Positions 1-19,199 of a DNA stretch of 64,000 nucleotides are shown one piece after another. The notes under the pieces are model-generated. The model saw nothing but the letters and a program-made list of their open reading frames with translations, had not been told where the DNA came from and did no database searches. Position 1 is the first letter of the stretch. Each line of letters starts with the position of its first letter. Source of the DNA: Balamuthia mandrillaris (lineage: Eukaryota); the NCBI GenBank assembly GCA_031835245.2, contig JAVKOQ020000005.1, positions 62,001 to 126,000 on the forward strand, read 5' to 3'. Both the position numbers and the translations under genes were made by a program.

Positions 1-6689
<6,689 letters not shown>

Positions 6690-6804
6690 ATAGCGTAATG
6701 CTCCATTCGTTTTCATAGTAACCTCTTCCTTGTATTTTGTATTATTTTTTTTTTGGAACCCGTTCATATTTGTTCCTCTCAGCGTCTTCTTATCGTCTTC
6801 ATTC

Positions 6805-6973
6805 TTTCTTTTTATTTATAGTTACATTTATACTTGTTATTTTTATTGATAGAAATTTATGTTTATATTTTTAATGTTTATTTTTATTTTTTTCTATTTT
6901 TATTTTCTATTTTTTATTTTTTAATGTTTATTTTTTTATTTATTTTATTTTTATTTTTATTTTATTTTTATTT
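6805..6973. repeat. AT-rich low-complexity intergenic tract (TTTTA-like units)
   Basis: Directly visible between the RICTOR stop and the next gene. Confidence 0.8.
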
Positions 6974-7087
6974 CATGGATAAAAAACAACATACGTCATC
7001 ATAGCTGTAAAAGGGTATTTTAATTGGATTTTAGGATAAATGGTGGCGTCACTTGCAAAATATTCCAACAAGAAAAGAGAAGAAAAG

Positions 7088-7962
7088 ATGGACAAGAAGG
7101 AGGAGTGGAAGGCCTTGGCCACGTGGGAGAAGGACGGCGTGTTCGTGCTGTGCCTGAACAGGCCGCAGCGCAAGAACGCCTTCAACCGCGACATGTACGA
7201 GGAGTGCATCCAGGCCTTGGCCCTGGCCGCGGCCGCGGAGCCCGTCCGCGCGGTGCTCCTCACCGGCAGCGGGGATTACTTCAGCAGCGGCAACGACCTG
7301 GCCAACTTCCTGCAGTACGACCCGGAGACCCTGCAGGAGCAGCTGCGGCAGTCCAAGGACCTGCTCACCCGCTTCGTGAAGGCCTTTCTTCATTTCCCCA
7401 AGCCCATCGTGGCGGCCATCAATGGGCCTGCTGTCGGTAAAGATCTTGTTTTTTATTTTTTCAATCGCAGAACTTTCAGAAATTAATTCAATCCACGAAA
7501 CAAAAATAAAACAACAAAGGTATCGCCACAACGATTCTTGGTCACTGCGACTTTGTGTATGGTCACGAAAGGTACCATTCTTTTCTTTCTTTCATTTTCA
7601 CTTATCACAAAAGAACATGAGAAACATGAGATTATTTTTTTTTCGCTCATCAAACCAATCTTTTTCATCCGCAAGTTGCACTTTTCACACACCCTTCATG
7701 TCGCTGGCCCAAAGCCCGGAGGGCTGCTCCTCCCTTCTCTTCCCCGAGTGCATGGGCCGCCTCAAGGCCAACGAGATGCTGCTCCTCGGCAAGAAGTTCT
7801 CCGCGGAGGAGGCGCTCTCCGCCAACCTGCTGAACGCGGTGTACTACGACAAGGACAACAAGCAGGGGGAGACCTTTGTGGACAGGGTCTTTGCGGTGGC
7901 CAAGCAGCTGGCCGAGTTCCCGCCGCAAGCTCTTCAGCTCTCCAAGAAGGTTTGTTCTTGTT

Positions 7963-8020
<58 letters not shown>

Positions 8021-8118
8021 TCTCTCTCTCTCTCTCTCCTGTTCTTTCATTCTTCTTTTGTGTTGCCTCTTTGCTCCTTTCTTCTTTTCGACTCTTTCTC
8101 TTTCTTCTTTCATGCATC

Positions 8119-8150
<32 letters not shown>

Positions 8151-8354
8151 TTCTGCTATTCTTCCTTCTTCATGTCTTTCTTATTCATACTTGTTCTTGT
8201 TCAGCTGATCAAGAGCGAGGCAAGAATGGCGCTGTTGGAGAAGAGCAACGCGGATGAGGTGGAGCTTTTGGGGGAGCGATGGGCCTCAGAGGAGTGCATG
8301 CAAGCCATCATGAAGTTCATGATGCGAAGACAAGACAAGAAAGCCAACCTTTAA
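7088..8354 (+). CDS. Enoyl-CoA delta isomerase (crotonase fold, ECI2/PECI-like), probably peroxisomal
   Basis: LNRPQRKNAF, YFSSGNDL, FPKPIVAAINGPAVG, TFHTPFMSLAQSPEGCSS, ANEMLLLGKKFSAEEA, ERWASEEC; ends in -ANL (PTS1-like). Several GT-AG introns. An upstream in-frame ATG at 7040 is an alternative start. Confidence 0.88.
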
Positions 8355-8403
8355 AGTATTATAATATTGCACGTTATTTATTGTTCGGCCTCCGTTGAGC
8401 ACT

Positions 8404-8484
8404 TTACAAGTTCTTACGAATGACATAGTTGAGAACTCCTCCATTCTGTTTTGTTGCCAAACAAAAGTTAGAGCCGAAAAAGAA

Positions 8485-8528
<44 letters not shown>

Positions 8529-8837
8529 AGTATGTACGTTGTAATAGTTGAGTTCGGTGTCAGTGTCGAAGCGAAGAACGGTGTCGAATTGTTCGATGGC
8601 TCCACCAGAGACCTTGACTGTGACGGTAGCGCCGGCGCCCAACCCCGTGATGTCCACGGAGAACTGTTCCTTTCCAGTCAGGCCCAATGAATCTGTTATT
8701 TTTGTGTCATCAACCGAGAGAGAGAGAGAGAGAGTGTGAGCAAGAACGAGAAAAGACAAATGAGAAACAGAAAAGGACGAACGCGAGAGAGAAGCGAGAG
8801 AAGAGAGAAGAGAGAGAGAGAGAGAGGGAGAGAGAGA

Positions 8838-8884
<47 letters not shown>

Positions 8885-10620
8885 GAACCAGCATTTTGGC
8901 CAGGGAGGAACTGCAAAGGAATGACGCCAAACAACACCAGGTTGGACCTGTGAATCCTCTCATAGCTCTGTGCCACCACAAACTTGACGTTCTGCATCCA
9001 CACGCCCTTGGCGGCCCAATCCCTGCTGCTGCCCGATCCATACTGCTCTCCAGCGAGAATGCAGAGCGGCTTGTCGCCATCCTTAATGTACCTCTCAGCA
9101 GCATCCCACACGTCCAACTCCTCGCCAGAGGGATGGTGAATCGTTCGTGGGCCAGCCTTGCCACCAATCAGCTTGTTGACCAAGCGAATGTTGGCAAAGG
9201 TGCCGCGGGCCATAACTTGGTCGTTTCCTCGGCGAGCGCCGTAGGAGTTGAAGTCGCGACGGTCCACACCTTTGGAGAGGAGGTAACGGGCGGCAGGCGA
9301 TTTGATGGAGATGGAGCCAGCAGGGCTGATGTGATCTGTCGTGATGGAGTCACCGAGGTTCAACAGGCAGTATGCGCTCTCGATCTGATCAATTTGTTAT
9401 TTAAGATGGGAAGAAATTAACAAAGCATAACAACAAAACAAAGAACAATCCAAACCTTTGTCAATGGGTTAAGCTCCTTTTGCATGCTATCAAAGAAGGG
9501 AGGGAAGTGGATGTAGGTGGAGTTCTCATCCCAAGGATAGAGCTTCTCGGAAGAGGCTTCGAGGGCGTTCCACTGCTGTGTGCCCTGGGTGACCTTGCTG
9601 TAGACCTCCGTGAACATCGAGCGGAGGACAGAGTGCTTGGCAGTCTCGGCCACCGCCTCGTGGGAGGGCCAAATGTCGCGAAGGAAGATCTCCTTGCCTT
9701 CCGCGTTGACACCGATGGGTTCAGTCTCAAAGTCGATCGTGGTGGTGCCTTAAAAGACAACAACGGCGTAAGATGAAACCAGAAGAGAAATAGAAAAGAA
9801 AGAAACCATGAAGAATAGAGAAAAGAGATGCTAAGAATATGGAAAGAAAAGAACGCACCAGCAATGGCATAAGCCACAACCAACGGAGGGCTAGCAAGGT
9901 AGTTAGCACGCACGTGAGGATGAATCCTTCCCTCAAAGTTCCTGTTGCCGCTGAGCACACCGCAGCAGACGAGGTCTCCCTCCTCCACGGCCGCAGCTAC
10001 TTCCTCCGGCAGAGGACCGCTGTTGCCGATGCAAGTGGTGCAGCCATAGCCTACCACGGAGAAGCCCAGTTGCTCGAGGAAAGGCAAGAGCTCGCTCTTC
10101 TTGAGATACTCAGTGACCACACCGGAGCCGGGGGCCAAAGAGGTCTTCACCCAGCGGCGTACGCTGAGGCCAGCCTCTACGGCGTTCTTGGCCAAGAGGC
10201 CAGCTGCAGTCATAACAGGAAAAATTAATATGGGTAGCCGCAGACAAGAGAGGAAAACAAGGAAAAAGACAACAATACCGGCAAGCATAACGTTGGGGTT
10301 GCTGGTGTTAGTACAGCTGGTGATGGCAGCAATAACAACGGAACCATGTCTAAGCTCCTCGTCTTTGCCTTCGAATTGGAACTTGACCACTCGGTCCTGT
10401 AATGACGGATCAATGAGAATGTTGCTAGGCGAGAATAGACAGAAAAACTTCAAAACAAACCAGCTGTTCCTTCGGGATGGCAAAGCCCTTGAAGCCAACA
10501 GGGTTCTCCAAGCACTTGAGGAAATCTTGCTTCATCTCAGCCAAAGGAACGTAGTCATGAGGACGTTTAGGGCCTATTCAATTGAAGGGTCAATACATTT
10601 TCTGTCGCTATTAGAAAGAG

Positions 10621-10655
<35 letters not shown>

Positions 10656-12278
10656 GAGAAAAGAAGAGAAGATAGAGGATATAGAAACGAGAGCAGAGAG
10701 CGGAGAACAGAGAGAAGAAATACCAGACAAGCAAGGAATGATGGTGCCGAGATCCAGCTCCAAAACATCAGTGAAGGAAGGATCCTGGGAACCATCAGTG
10801 TAATCCCTGAAGAGGCCCTGGGCCTTCAAGTAGGCCTCGATGTAGGCGATTTGTTCCTCGGTACGTCCAGTCAGACGGAGGTAGTCCAAAGTCTTGTTGT
10901 CCACAGGGAAGTAACAAATAGTGGCTCCCATTTCAGGAGACATGTTGGAGATAGTGGCCCTATCGGCAATGGAAAGCTGCTCCACGGCCGGTCCAAAGAA
11001 CTCCACAAACTTCTCAACCACACCCTTCTTCCTCAGTGCCTTGGTGATAGCCAGCACCAAATCCGTGGCGGTGGCGTGCGGGGGGAAGGTGCCGGTCAGG
11101 CGGTAGCCCACCACCTCCGGCAGCACCATGCTAATCGGTTGATCCAACATGACGGCCTCCGCCTCGATACCACCCACGCCCCAGCCAACGACGCCCAGGC
11201 CGTTGATCATGGGGGTGTGACTGTCAGTGCCGACAAGGGAGTCAGGGTAGAGCAGCCCGCTCTCGCTGTTGTGGAAGACGCAGCGGCCAAGGTACTCCAG
11301 GTTGACCTGGTGGACGATGCCAGCGCCTGGAGGGACGATGGTAAGGTTGTTGAAGGCCTTGGCGCCCCACTTCAAGAACTTGAACCGCTCGGCGTTGCGC
11401 TGCATCTCTGCCTCGAGGTTGGCCTGCAGGGCATCAGCAGAGCCGTACTTGTCTACCTGCACGCTGTGGTCGATGACGAGGTCTACCGGCACGGCGGGGT
11501 TGATCCTGTCGGGATCGCCGCCCAGACGCTTGCAAGCGTCCCTCATCGCAGCTGCCAGTCAACATAGCGAAAAGACACATAGAAGAGGAGGAAAGAGGAA
11601 CATAGAAGCATGCAACAGAGAGAAAAGCAAGAGAGAGAGAAGTGTGTAAAGAAAGAGCACATAAGGCGAGAGGAGAGAGAGAGAGAGAGAGAGAGAGGGG
11701 AGGAGAGAGAAGAGAAAAGGTAAGTGAAAAAGAACAAGGCAAAAAGGAACGAGGAAAATGGGAAACATAGCACAAATGGGACAACAACGAACCCAAGTCA
11801 ACAACGGCAGGAACGCCGGTAAAGTCCTGCAAGATCACGCGAGAGGGCTTGAACAGGATCTCTGTCTGTGTGGTGGAGGTTTTCTCTGCAAAGCATCAAC
11901 CAATCAATCGTGGTTGGAGTGAGCGTGTCAGCGTCCTTTTTCTAGAAAAAAAGTGATGCAAAAGAATTGGTGTTGATTTTTTTGGTTACCCCAGTTGAGA
12001 ATGTTTTCTACATCTTCCTTGCGCACGCCAGCAAAGCCACAGTTCCTCACTGCCGACTCCAGCAGCACACGAACGGAGAAAGGCAGCTTCTCTGTGTTGT
12101 TGATTATTATTTTTTCAAAAATCCAAGATGGAGGGTGAGAGAAAAAGAAAGGGAAAGTGCGGAAAGAAATATTACCAAGACGAGAGTCGTTGAGCTCAGG
12201 AAGAGAAAAGTAGCGATAGGTCTGCTCGCCAACGTTCAACTCCCTCTGCAAGTGTTGGTAGGGGTTCGTGCCTTCCAT
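8404..12278 (-). CDS. ACO1: Aconitate hydratase, AcnA/IRP1 (cytosolic) family, multi-exon
   Basis: [108 protein letters not shown]; last exon [13 protein letters not shown]. Confidence 0.96.
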
Positions 12279-12331
12279 CTTTTTTTTGAGATGATTTGTA
12301 CATTGTATAATTCAAAAAAACTACGTTGAAG

Positions 12332-12374
<43 letters not shown>

Positions 12375-12684
12375 AAAGAAGAACGTACGTTGTCGTTGAA
12401 GTGGTGGAATAGCTCTTTTCTCTCTTTCCTTTTGCCTTTTTTTTTTCGTTCAGAATACAAAAAAAAATTATTTAAGGATGGAGAAATTATCTATTTATAT
12501 TCAATAATTTTAGAAAAAATCGCCGAGGAGTTGTCGACATTTTCCTTTTTACAACAAAGTGGTGAATTAATTTTGTTTATATAAGGACAAGGACTTACGT
12601 CATTCAAATTCTTTGCATTTCATACATTCCTTGCATTCCCGTTGGAAAAAAAGAGTTACTGTTGTTTTTTTCTTGTGGATCCCG

Positions 12685-12993
12685 TTAGACGCACTCTTCA
12701 CAGCCTTCCGCGCAGGTCGAGGAGCCGTCGGAGCAATTCTTGCACGCCAACAAGCAGTCCTTGCAAGGCAGCTTCATCAAGCCGCCAAAGATGTGCTTGT
12801 CGATGCAGACCAGCAGGCAGCAGGCGGGGTTGCACTTGCAGCAGAACTTGCCGCAGCAGTAACAGGGGAAGCAGATGATGTAGACGACGAGGCCGATCAG
12901 GCCGGCGATGAGGGCGAAGGGGAAGAGTAGGATGAATAAAATGCCCTTGAGGATAGACCAGCAGCCCCCGCAGCAACAGCAAATAGTTCCCAT
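12685..12993 (-). CDS. Small Cys-rich membrane protein (102 aa, 22 Cys, one hydrophobic segment)
   Basis: Single-exon ORF with GC-rich third positions; CCCCGGC N-terminus, hydrophobic stretch, Cys-rich tail. Confidence 0.7.
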   Translation of the reverse strand: MGTICCCCGGCWSILKGILFILLFPFALIAGLIGLVVYIICFPCYCCGKFCCKCNPACCLLVCIDKHIFGGLMKLPCKDCLLACKNCSDGSSTCAEGCEECV

Positions 12994-13116
12994 TTTTTTT
13001 CTCCGGTGTTGTTGGTCTTCTTGTGGTGTGTTGCTGTTTTGGTGTGTTACCGTATCTTTCGGTTCGAAGATTTTTTTTCTGTTTTGTTAACAAATATTCC
13101 GTTACCTGCTGCGCAG

Positions 13117-15463
13117 CAAGGGTGGAAATCGAGCACTGGAGTGCTCGGTCGACAAAAACCCGCAAATAGTCAGTACTCGCGCGAGTTTGTGCCACGTCAG
13201 CGAATACTCAATTTTTCGAGTACTTTAATTAGTTTTGAGTGGCAATTTGAGGGCGAATTATTGGATGTTTCTTAAAGAAGGACCCGACCATAATTTATCG
13301 TTTTAGAGTTTCGGGCAAGAGAGTAAAGCGAAGAAAAAATTTTGAGCAAAGAGAATGGAAGCACCGCAGCAGGAGCAGGAGAAAGAAAAAGAGGCTGAAC
13401 CAAAGAAAAAGCGACGTCTATCGCATGTATTCCAACACTTCGTAGACGCCTCCCCGTCCAAAGAAGGAAAGCTGATGGTTCGATGCAACCACTGCAAAAG
13501 AAAGATGTGTTACAGCGATGGGCCAACAACGAACCTGTTGAACCACCTTCGTTCACAGCATCCCGAAACTACCTCTAAAAAAGTCTCCGAGGAGCTAATG
13601 GATGCGATTTGCGAATTTTGGGTGATGAACTCTCTTCCGTTTCATTTGGTGGAAGCCGAACCGTTTCAGAAGATTCTTTCATTCTGCGACGACAAGTTAA
13701 TGCCCGTCACACGCTATGGATTGAAAAAGAAAATCAAAGAATGGTTTGGAATTTTTTGTTTCCTTCCTTTTTGTCGTTGCTGCTTTCTGCTTTTTTTCTA
13801 GTTCTGTTTCTTTTTTCTCTTTATTGTGAGTTTTTTTTTGCTTTTTTTTAATGCTCATGTATCAGGTATGCATGCACACTTTTGAGCCTTCAAAATGAGC
13901 TGCAGCAAGAAGTCCGGGTATCAGAGGCACTGTCATATGACTTCTGGACTGCACCAAACAAGGACTCATACCTCGCTATAATCCTTCGTTACGTTTCCCT
14001 TTCCACTTTTCAACCAAAGACAGTTGTCTTAAGCGTGGCAGTCTTTGAAGAAGCTGAGCACACTGCAAATAACATACAAAAAGTTCTGATCCAGATTTCC
14101 CGCGACTGGAAGCTTTCTTTTGAGGACACTTTTGTTGTTGCAGATGGAGCAAGCAACGTTTCTGCAGCAGCGCGGCGTCTTTCAATGGAGCATATACACT
14201 GCGCAGCTCACAAACTCCACCTCATCGTCACCCATTCTATTCCTTCCATCCAGCCTCTTTATGACAAGTGCAAAGCCCTTGTCACTTTCTTCAACCAAAG
14301 CTCAAAAGCAAGCTTAGACCTTCGTGACCATCTAAAGAAAGAAAAGAAGAAGTTCCGCACTCTCATTCAAGAAAACACAACGCGATGGAACAGTACTTTT
14401 GAAATGTTTCGTCGTCTTCTCAAAGTCCGTGGTGGCTTTCTTCAAATCTTACAAAAGCATAAACGGGAAGATTTGCTCCTGGAGAGTGCTGAATGGGAGT
14501 TGTTGGAGCAAGCAAAGACGCTGTTAGAACCGTTGGCCACCTTAACTACGGACATTCAATCCCCTAATTCCTCCATTTCTATCATTCTACCTGCGTTACT
14601 TTCCTACTACTACAACTATCTTCCGTCATTTCCCTTCCCTTCTCAATCAATTCTCAACAACCTTGTGTCACGTCTACAAACACATGTTTTTGAGGCGATA
14701 TCCTACTACTTTGACACATCCGCTGCTATGGCAACAGCACTTGACCCACGTTTTCACCAACTCAAATATTGGCCTGCTCCAATGGCAATACGCGTTCAAC
14801 AAAGGATCCTTCAATGCAGCATTACATCCACTTCAGCTTTAATACCGACCTTCCCATCCTCAAAAAAGCACAAGAAGAGTTGGATTGACATGTTGCTTCA
14901 AACAAATACACCATTAACAACAACTCAACCAAGCAACTCACAACTCCAACGTGAATTAGAAGCATTTCTCTCTGGCCAAGTCCTTAGTCCCTTCGAAGAT
15001 CCTTACCGTTGGTGGCTATCTCATTCACAAACCTATCCTCTACTCTCCCAAGTGGCAGCCAAGTTTCTTGCGATTCCTGCGACTTCAGCTCAAGCTGAAA
15101 GAGTCTTCTCTCTCGCGGGTCACATTCTCTCTCCAGACCGTTCAACGCTCTCTCCTAAGCTTGTTGACATGCTTATTTTCTTGAAGTATGCGCACAATAA
15201 ATAACCACTTGCTTCTCTCTCCCGTCTATTTGTTTCGATGTACATCGCTCCCTCTCGCGTTCCCTTTTTGTATTTTAATCAACAATTATCGAGTCTTAAT
15301 CATAGATATCTTAATTTATGGACTCCATTTTAATTCGAGTGGTGCTGACATCATCGCGAGTGCTATTCACTAAAAAAGAGGCACTCGCCAGCAGTCGAGT
15401 ACTCATAACGTCTAATACTCACGAATGAGTAGTCGAGTGGTGAATGCTTGATTTCCACCCTTG
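13117..15463 (+). mobile_element. Complete hAT (Ac/hobo/Tam3) DNA transposon, 2347 bp
   Basis: Left TIR CAAGGGTGGAAATCGAGCA (13117-13135) and right TIR TGCTTGATTTCCACCCTTG (15445-15463) match at 18/19. 8-bp TSD CTGCGCAG at 13109-13116 and 15464-15471. Subterminal CGAGT/ACTCG/AGTACT repeats at both ends; internal transposase. Confidence 0.96.
13355..15204 (+). CDS. hAT transposase (BED Zn finger + DDE + C-terminal dimerization motif), ~575 aa, one intron 13744-13865
   Basis: BED-like HVFQHF...CNHC...LLNHLRSQH; SYDFWT (D1), VADGASN (D2), HCAAH (CxxH), TRWNSTFEM, PATSAQAERVFS (E). Removing the GT-AG intron joins the two ORFs in frame (..KEW|YACTLLSLQN..). Confidence 0.93.
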
Positions 15464-15652
15464 CTGCGCAGGCTATATAATTTATGCCGACATTATCCAT
15501 TTTTATATCGGTTTATCCTTTAGAGGTATTTTTAGGCGGATAGGATTATTTGTCTGACCAATGGGCTAATTTCAAATGATCGAAATTTCATCAATATTGC
15601 CATCTTATTTTTGAATCAAATTATTGCATTTCGTTCAAAGATATTTTTTACC

Positions 15653-16578
15653 CATAACGCTGTGTACGTGGAACAAGGCACGGGCAAAGTGCACAACTAT
15701 TGTGGTCGAACTCATGCAGAAAAACATAGAGGTGTGGTGTCCCTTTGGACCTTGACTTGCTCACTCTCTTGTCGTTCCGTCCTGTCTTTCTTGCTTTGTC
15801 ATGTTTCTCTCCTGTTGTTTCAGTGCTATCGTTTGGGTTCACCAAGTAACAAATCCCTTTGTTCTCTGCAACACTAGCACTTGGTTCTACAAACGCTCCC
15901 TCAACGAAAGCTCCTTCCGCCTCCACTTCTCCCTGTGTTACCGTTGTCTCCTCCGCTGACCGCAAATACCAAGACCTCTCTGCCCAATTCGCTCAACGTT
16001 GGCGCCATCCCTCCAGGCCCGGCGCCATCCACACCATCCTCCGCATCCACAACCCTCTCCTCAAGCAACGCTTCAAAGCCTATCAACAGCACATCGTCAG
16101 TAACGTGCCAAACCTCCAAGTTTGGGGAGAAGGAGGTCCTGGCAACACCCACAGACGCTTCCATGGGACCAAGAGTTGGGTGTGTGACCTGGGAGTTGGA
16201 AAGCAATCTCAAAGCTTGAAGCTGTGCAAGAATGCAAGCTGCTCTGTGTGTGGAATCATCCGCCAGGGTTTAAAGCTGAGCAAAGTAGTAGGACGGAACA
16301 GGTTTGGCCAGGGCTTGTACTTATCTTCCACTTCCTCCAAGGCCAATGACTATACCAACAATTGCCTGATGAGCGGTGGATATAGAGCCATGTTCTTGTG
16401 TTACGTGGTGGTCGGGAAAGGATGGAAGATACTGCAAGACAGCCCCTCGTTGCCGGGTCCTCCCAAAGGCTTTCACTCGGTGTTGGGAGAGGTGGGCTCT
16501 TCGTTGAATTATGATGAGGTGATTGTATACACGGAGGAGGCTGTTTATCCTGCTTACTTGATCATTTACAAGCAGTGA
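15653..16578 (+). pseudogene. PARP-like ADP-ribosyltransferase domain preceded by a half Zn-finger repeat; no ATG start visible (5'-truncated)
   Basis: RRFHGT, RFGQGLYLSSTSSKANDY, AMFLCYVVVGK, LNYDEVIVY (H-Y-E triad positions present). Upstream exon HNAVYVEQGTGKVHNYCGRTHA joins in frame through intron 15732-15877. Confidence 0.72.
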
Positions 16579-16716
16579 CAAAGCGAAAGTTACTCAAAAA
16601 ATGTTCAAGTCATCCTTTAAGCAGGGACGGTGCTATCAAACATTCACCTTGGGAGGAATTCATAACGTGAAACAAAAAGGAGAACAAGAAAGAAAGAGCA
16701 ATGGAGTTTACTTCGT

Positions 16717-18876
16717 TCAGAACTTGCAAAAGCCTTGATGTCTCGGCACAGGTATCACGTCCCTGATATTGTGCGTTCCAGTCAAGAACTGCACGAACCG
16801 CTCGAAACCCATTCCAAAGCCTGCATGTGGGACAGAGCCCCAACGCCGCAAATCCAAGTACCACTCGTAGTCTTCCGTCTTCATGTTCATCTCTTTCATT
16901 CTCCTCGACAACAGCTCATAGTTCTCTTCACGTACACTTCCACCGATTAACTCCCCTATGCGTGGAACAAGCAAGTCCATTGCTTGTACCGTTGGCCCTG
17001 CTTCTCCTCCTTGTTCTTCATCGTTGAGCTTCATGTAAAACGGTTTGATGGCTTTGGGATAGTTGACGACGAAAACGGGACGTCCCTCGCAAAGCTCTTC
17101 GCACAAAAACCGCTCGTGCTCTTTGTGAAGATCGTCTCCCCATTTCGCTTGGAACTGAAACTTGCTGTTGTCTCGCTCTTGCTCCTTTTGTAACCACCGA
17201 ATGGCTTCCGTGTAGGTCATCACTTCAAAAGCCTTCTCTTTGGCTTCGCACTCTACTATCCGTTGGAGGCGTTGGCGAAGGTCCTCATTTTCTTCCACTT
17301 GTTGCTCAAAGAAAGCCAGTTCTGGTTCGCATCGCTCCAAGACCTGACGCACTACCGATACCATCATGTCTTGCGCTAAACGGATGTTGGTGGAAAGGTC
17401 AGCAAAGGCCAGCTCGGGTTCCAACATCCAAAACTCAGCGAGGTGGTGTCGGGTGTTGGAAGGGTCAGCACGGAAAGTTGGACCAAAGGTGTAGACTCGA
17501 GACATAGCGCAGGCCGCCATTTCTGCTTGCAACTGCCCGGACACTGTCAAGCTCACTGGAGTGTTAAAGAAGCTGTTCTTCTTCATTCCTTCCGCTTCTT
17601 CATTTGTTTGTGGTTTTGTTTGTTCTTGCTCCGGTTGTGATGGTTGTTCTTGGAAAGAAGGTGTATCAACGATAAATTGTTCACCGGCCCCTTCGCAGTC
17701 TCCGCTGGTGAGAATGGGAGTGTTGACCTCGATGAAGCCTTGAGAGTCAAAGAATTGGCGAATGGCCAGGGAGGCGGCGTTGCGCACGCGAAGCACGCTG
17801 GAAAACGTTCTTGTGCGAGGACGCAGATGCGCTATTTCGCGGAGGTACTCCAGAGAGTGTTTCTTTTTGGCTAAAGGATACGTCTATTTGGTTGTTTTGA
17901 GGTATGTGACCATGATGCAAGGAATAAAATAACCGAAGGGAAGTGAAGAAGAAGAAGAAGAAGAAGAAGAAGAAGAAGAAGAAGAAGAAGAAGAAGAAGA
18001 AGAAGAAGAAGAAGAAGAAGAAGAAAGAGGAGGAGAAGCAGCAGAAGAACAAGAAGGAGAAAAAGAAAGTAAGAATGTACATCAGGATCACAGGGGCCCA
18101 ACAGGGAAATGCTGTCACCCTGCAGCTCAATTCGCTGACCACTCTTTGGGCTCTCCGCGATCGTCCCAGTGATGGAGATGCTGCAACCGGTGCTCAGCCT
18201 AAAGGCCGTCATTCAAACATGAGTCAGCAAATGAGCACGAATGAAGAATAATACGAAAGAAAAAGAAATAAGAAGAAAGAAAAGAAAAGAAAAAGAAAAC
18301 AGAAAAAAGAAAAAAGAAAAAAGAAAAAAGAAAAAAGAAAAAAACAACAAAAAAGAAAAAAAGAAAAGAAAAAAGAAAAGAAAATAAAAGAAAAGAAAAA
18401 AAGGAAAAAGAAAAAACAGGAACAAAAACAAAAAAAAGAAAAAGAACAAAAATAAAAAAGAAGAAAAAAGAAAAAAGAAAAAAGAAAAAAGAAAAAGAAA
18501 AAAGAAAAAAGAAAAAGAAAAAAGAAAAAAAAGAAAAAGAAAAGAAACAGAAAAAATGCAGACATCAAAAAAGAAAAAGAAATAGCAACGGAATAAGAAG
18601 AGTAGCGAACCCTTTGGCAGAGTCAGGCGTAGCGATGACTTGCAGCGAGTGATGGTGAGTCCCATCCGTGAGCTGCAAAAAACTGAAATGCTTCTGGTGA
18701 CGGACCGTTTGAAGCCACCCGTTGAGGCGAACCTTTTGCCCGATCATCGCCTCGCCGCTGCCGAGCACCTGCGCCACGGTCAGCGGGAGCTTCGCGCTTT
18801 GTACCAGATCCTTGAGCGGCGTGGCGGTTCTCGTCGCAAAGCAACGACGAAAGGGAACGTTTGCGCGAAAAGTCAT
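16717..18876 (-). CDS. NARS2: Asparaginyl-tRNA synthetase, mitochondrial/bacterial type
   Basis: Transit-like MTFRANVPFRRCFATR, OB-fold GWLQTVR..FLQLTDG, TPILTSGDCEGAGE, LTVSGQL, YTFGPTFRAD..TRHHLAEFWMLEPE, GELIGGSVRE, GFGMGFER, NIRDVIP. Confidence 0.95.
17945..18580. repeat. Two intronic purine tracts: (GAA)n 17945-18025 and (AAAAAG)n-like 18255-18580
   Basis: Directly visible; pyrimidine-rich on the sense (minus) strand of the AsnRS gene. Confidence 0.9.
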
Positions 18877-19164
18877 TGCCACTCTTAAAAACGAATCGAA
18901 GAGGAAGAGGAAAGAGGCTTCGCAGTGTGTGTTCAGCGCAAGGGATCCTTTGTTTCTTTTTGTGTCGACATCAGTGGGCCATTGTTCACAATTGCTGTGG
19001 TAGATGTCAACGATTAGAGCAGAGTGAGTGCAGCACGAATTTTTGCCGACAAACACCACAGCAGTTGTTAACAAGGGCTGTAGTTGTTGTCAACGAAAGG
19101 AGCAGCAGGCAAGCAGTAGTTTTTGTCGACACCAAGAGATTCTCCACGTTTGCCTCCTGATACA

Positions 19165-19197
<33 letters not shown>

Positions 19198-19199
19198 GC

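Noticed and set aside
13105..15475. Apparent ~27-bp TIR of the hAT element
   Set aside because: The extra length comes from the palindromic 8-bp TSD; the true TIR starts at CAAGGG.
15463..15653. hAT alternative transposition as cause of the inversion
   Set aside because: Breakpoint is about 190 bp from the TIR and both TSD copies are intact.
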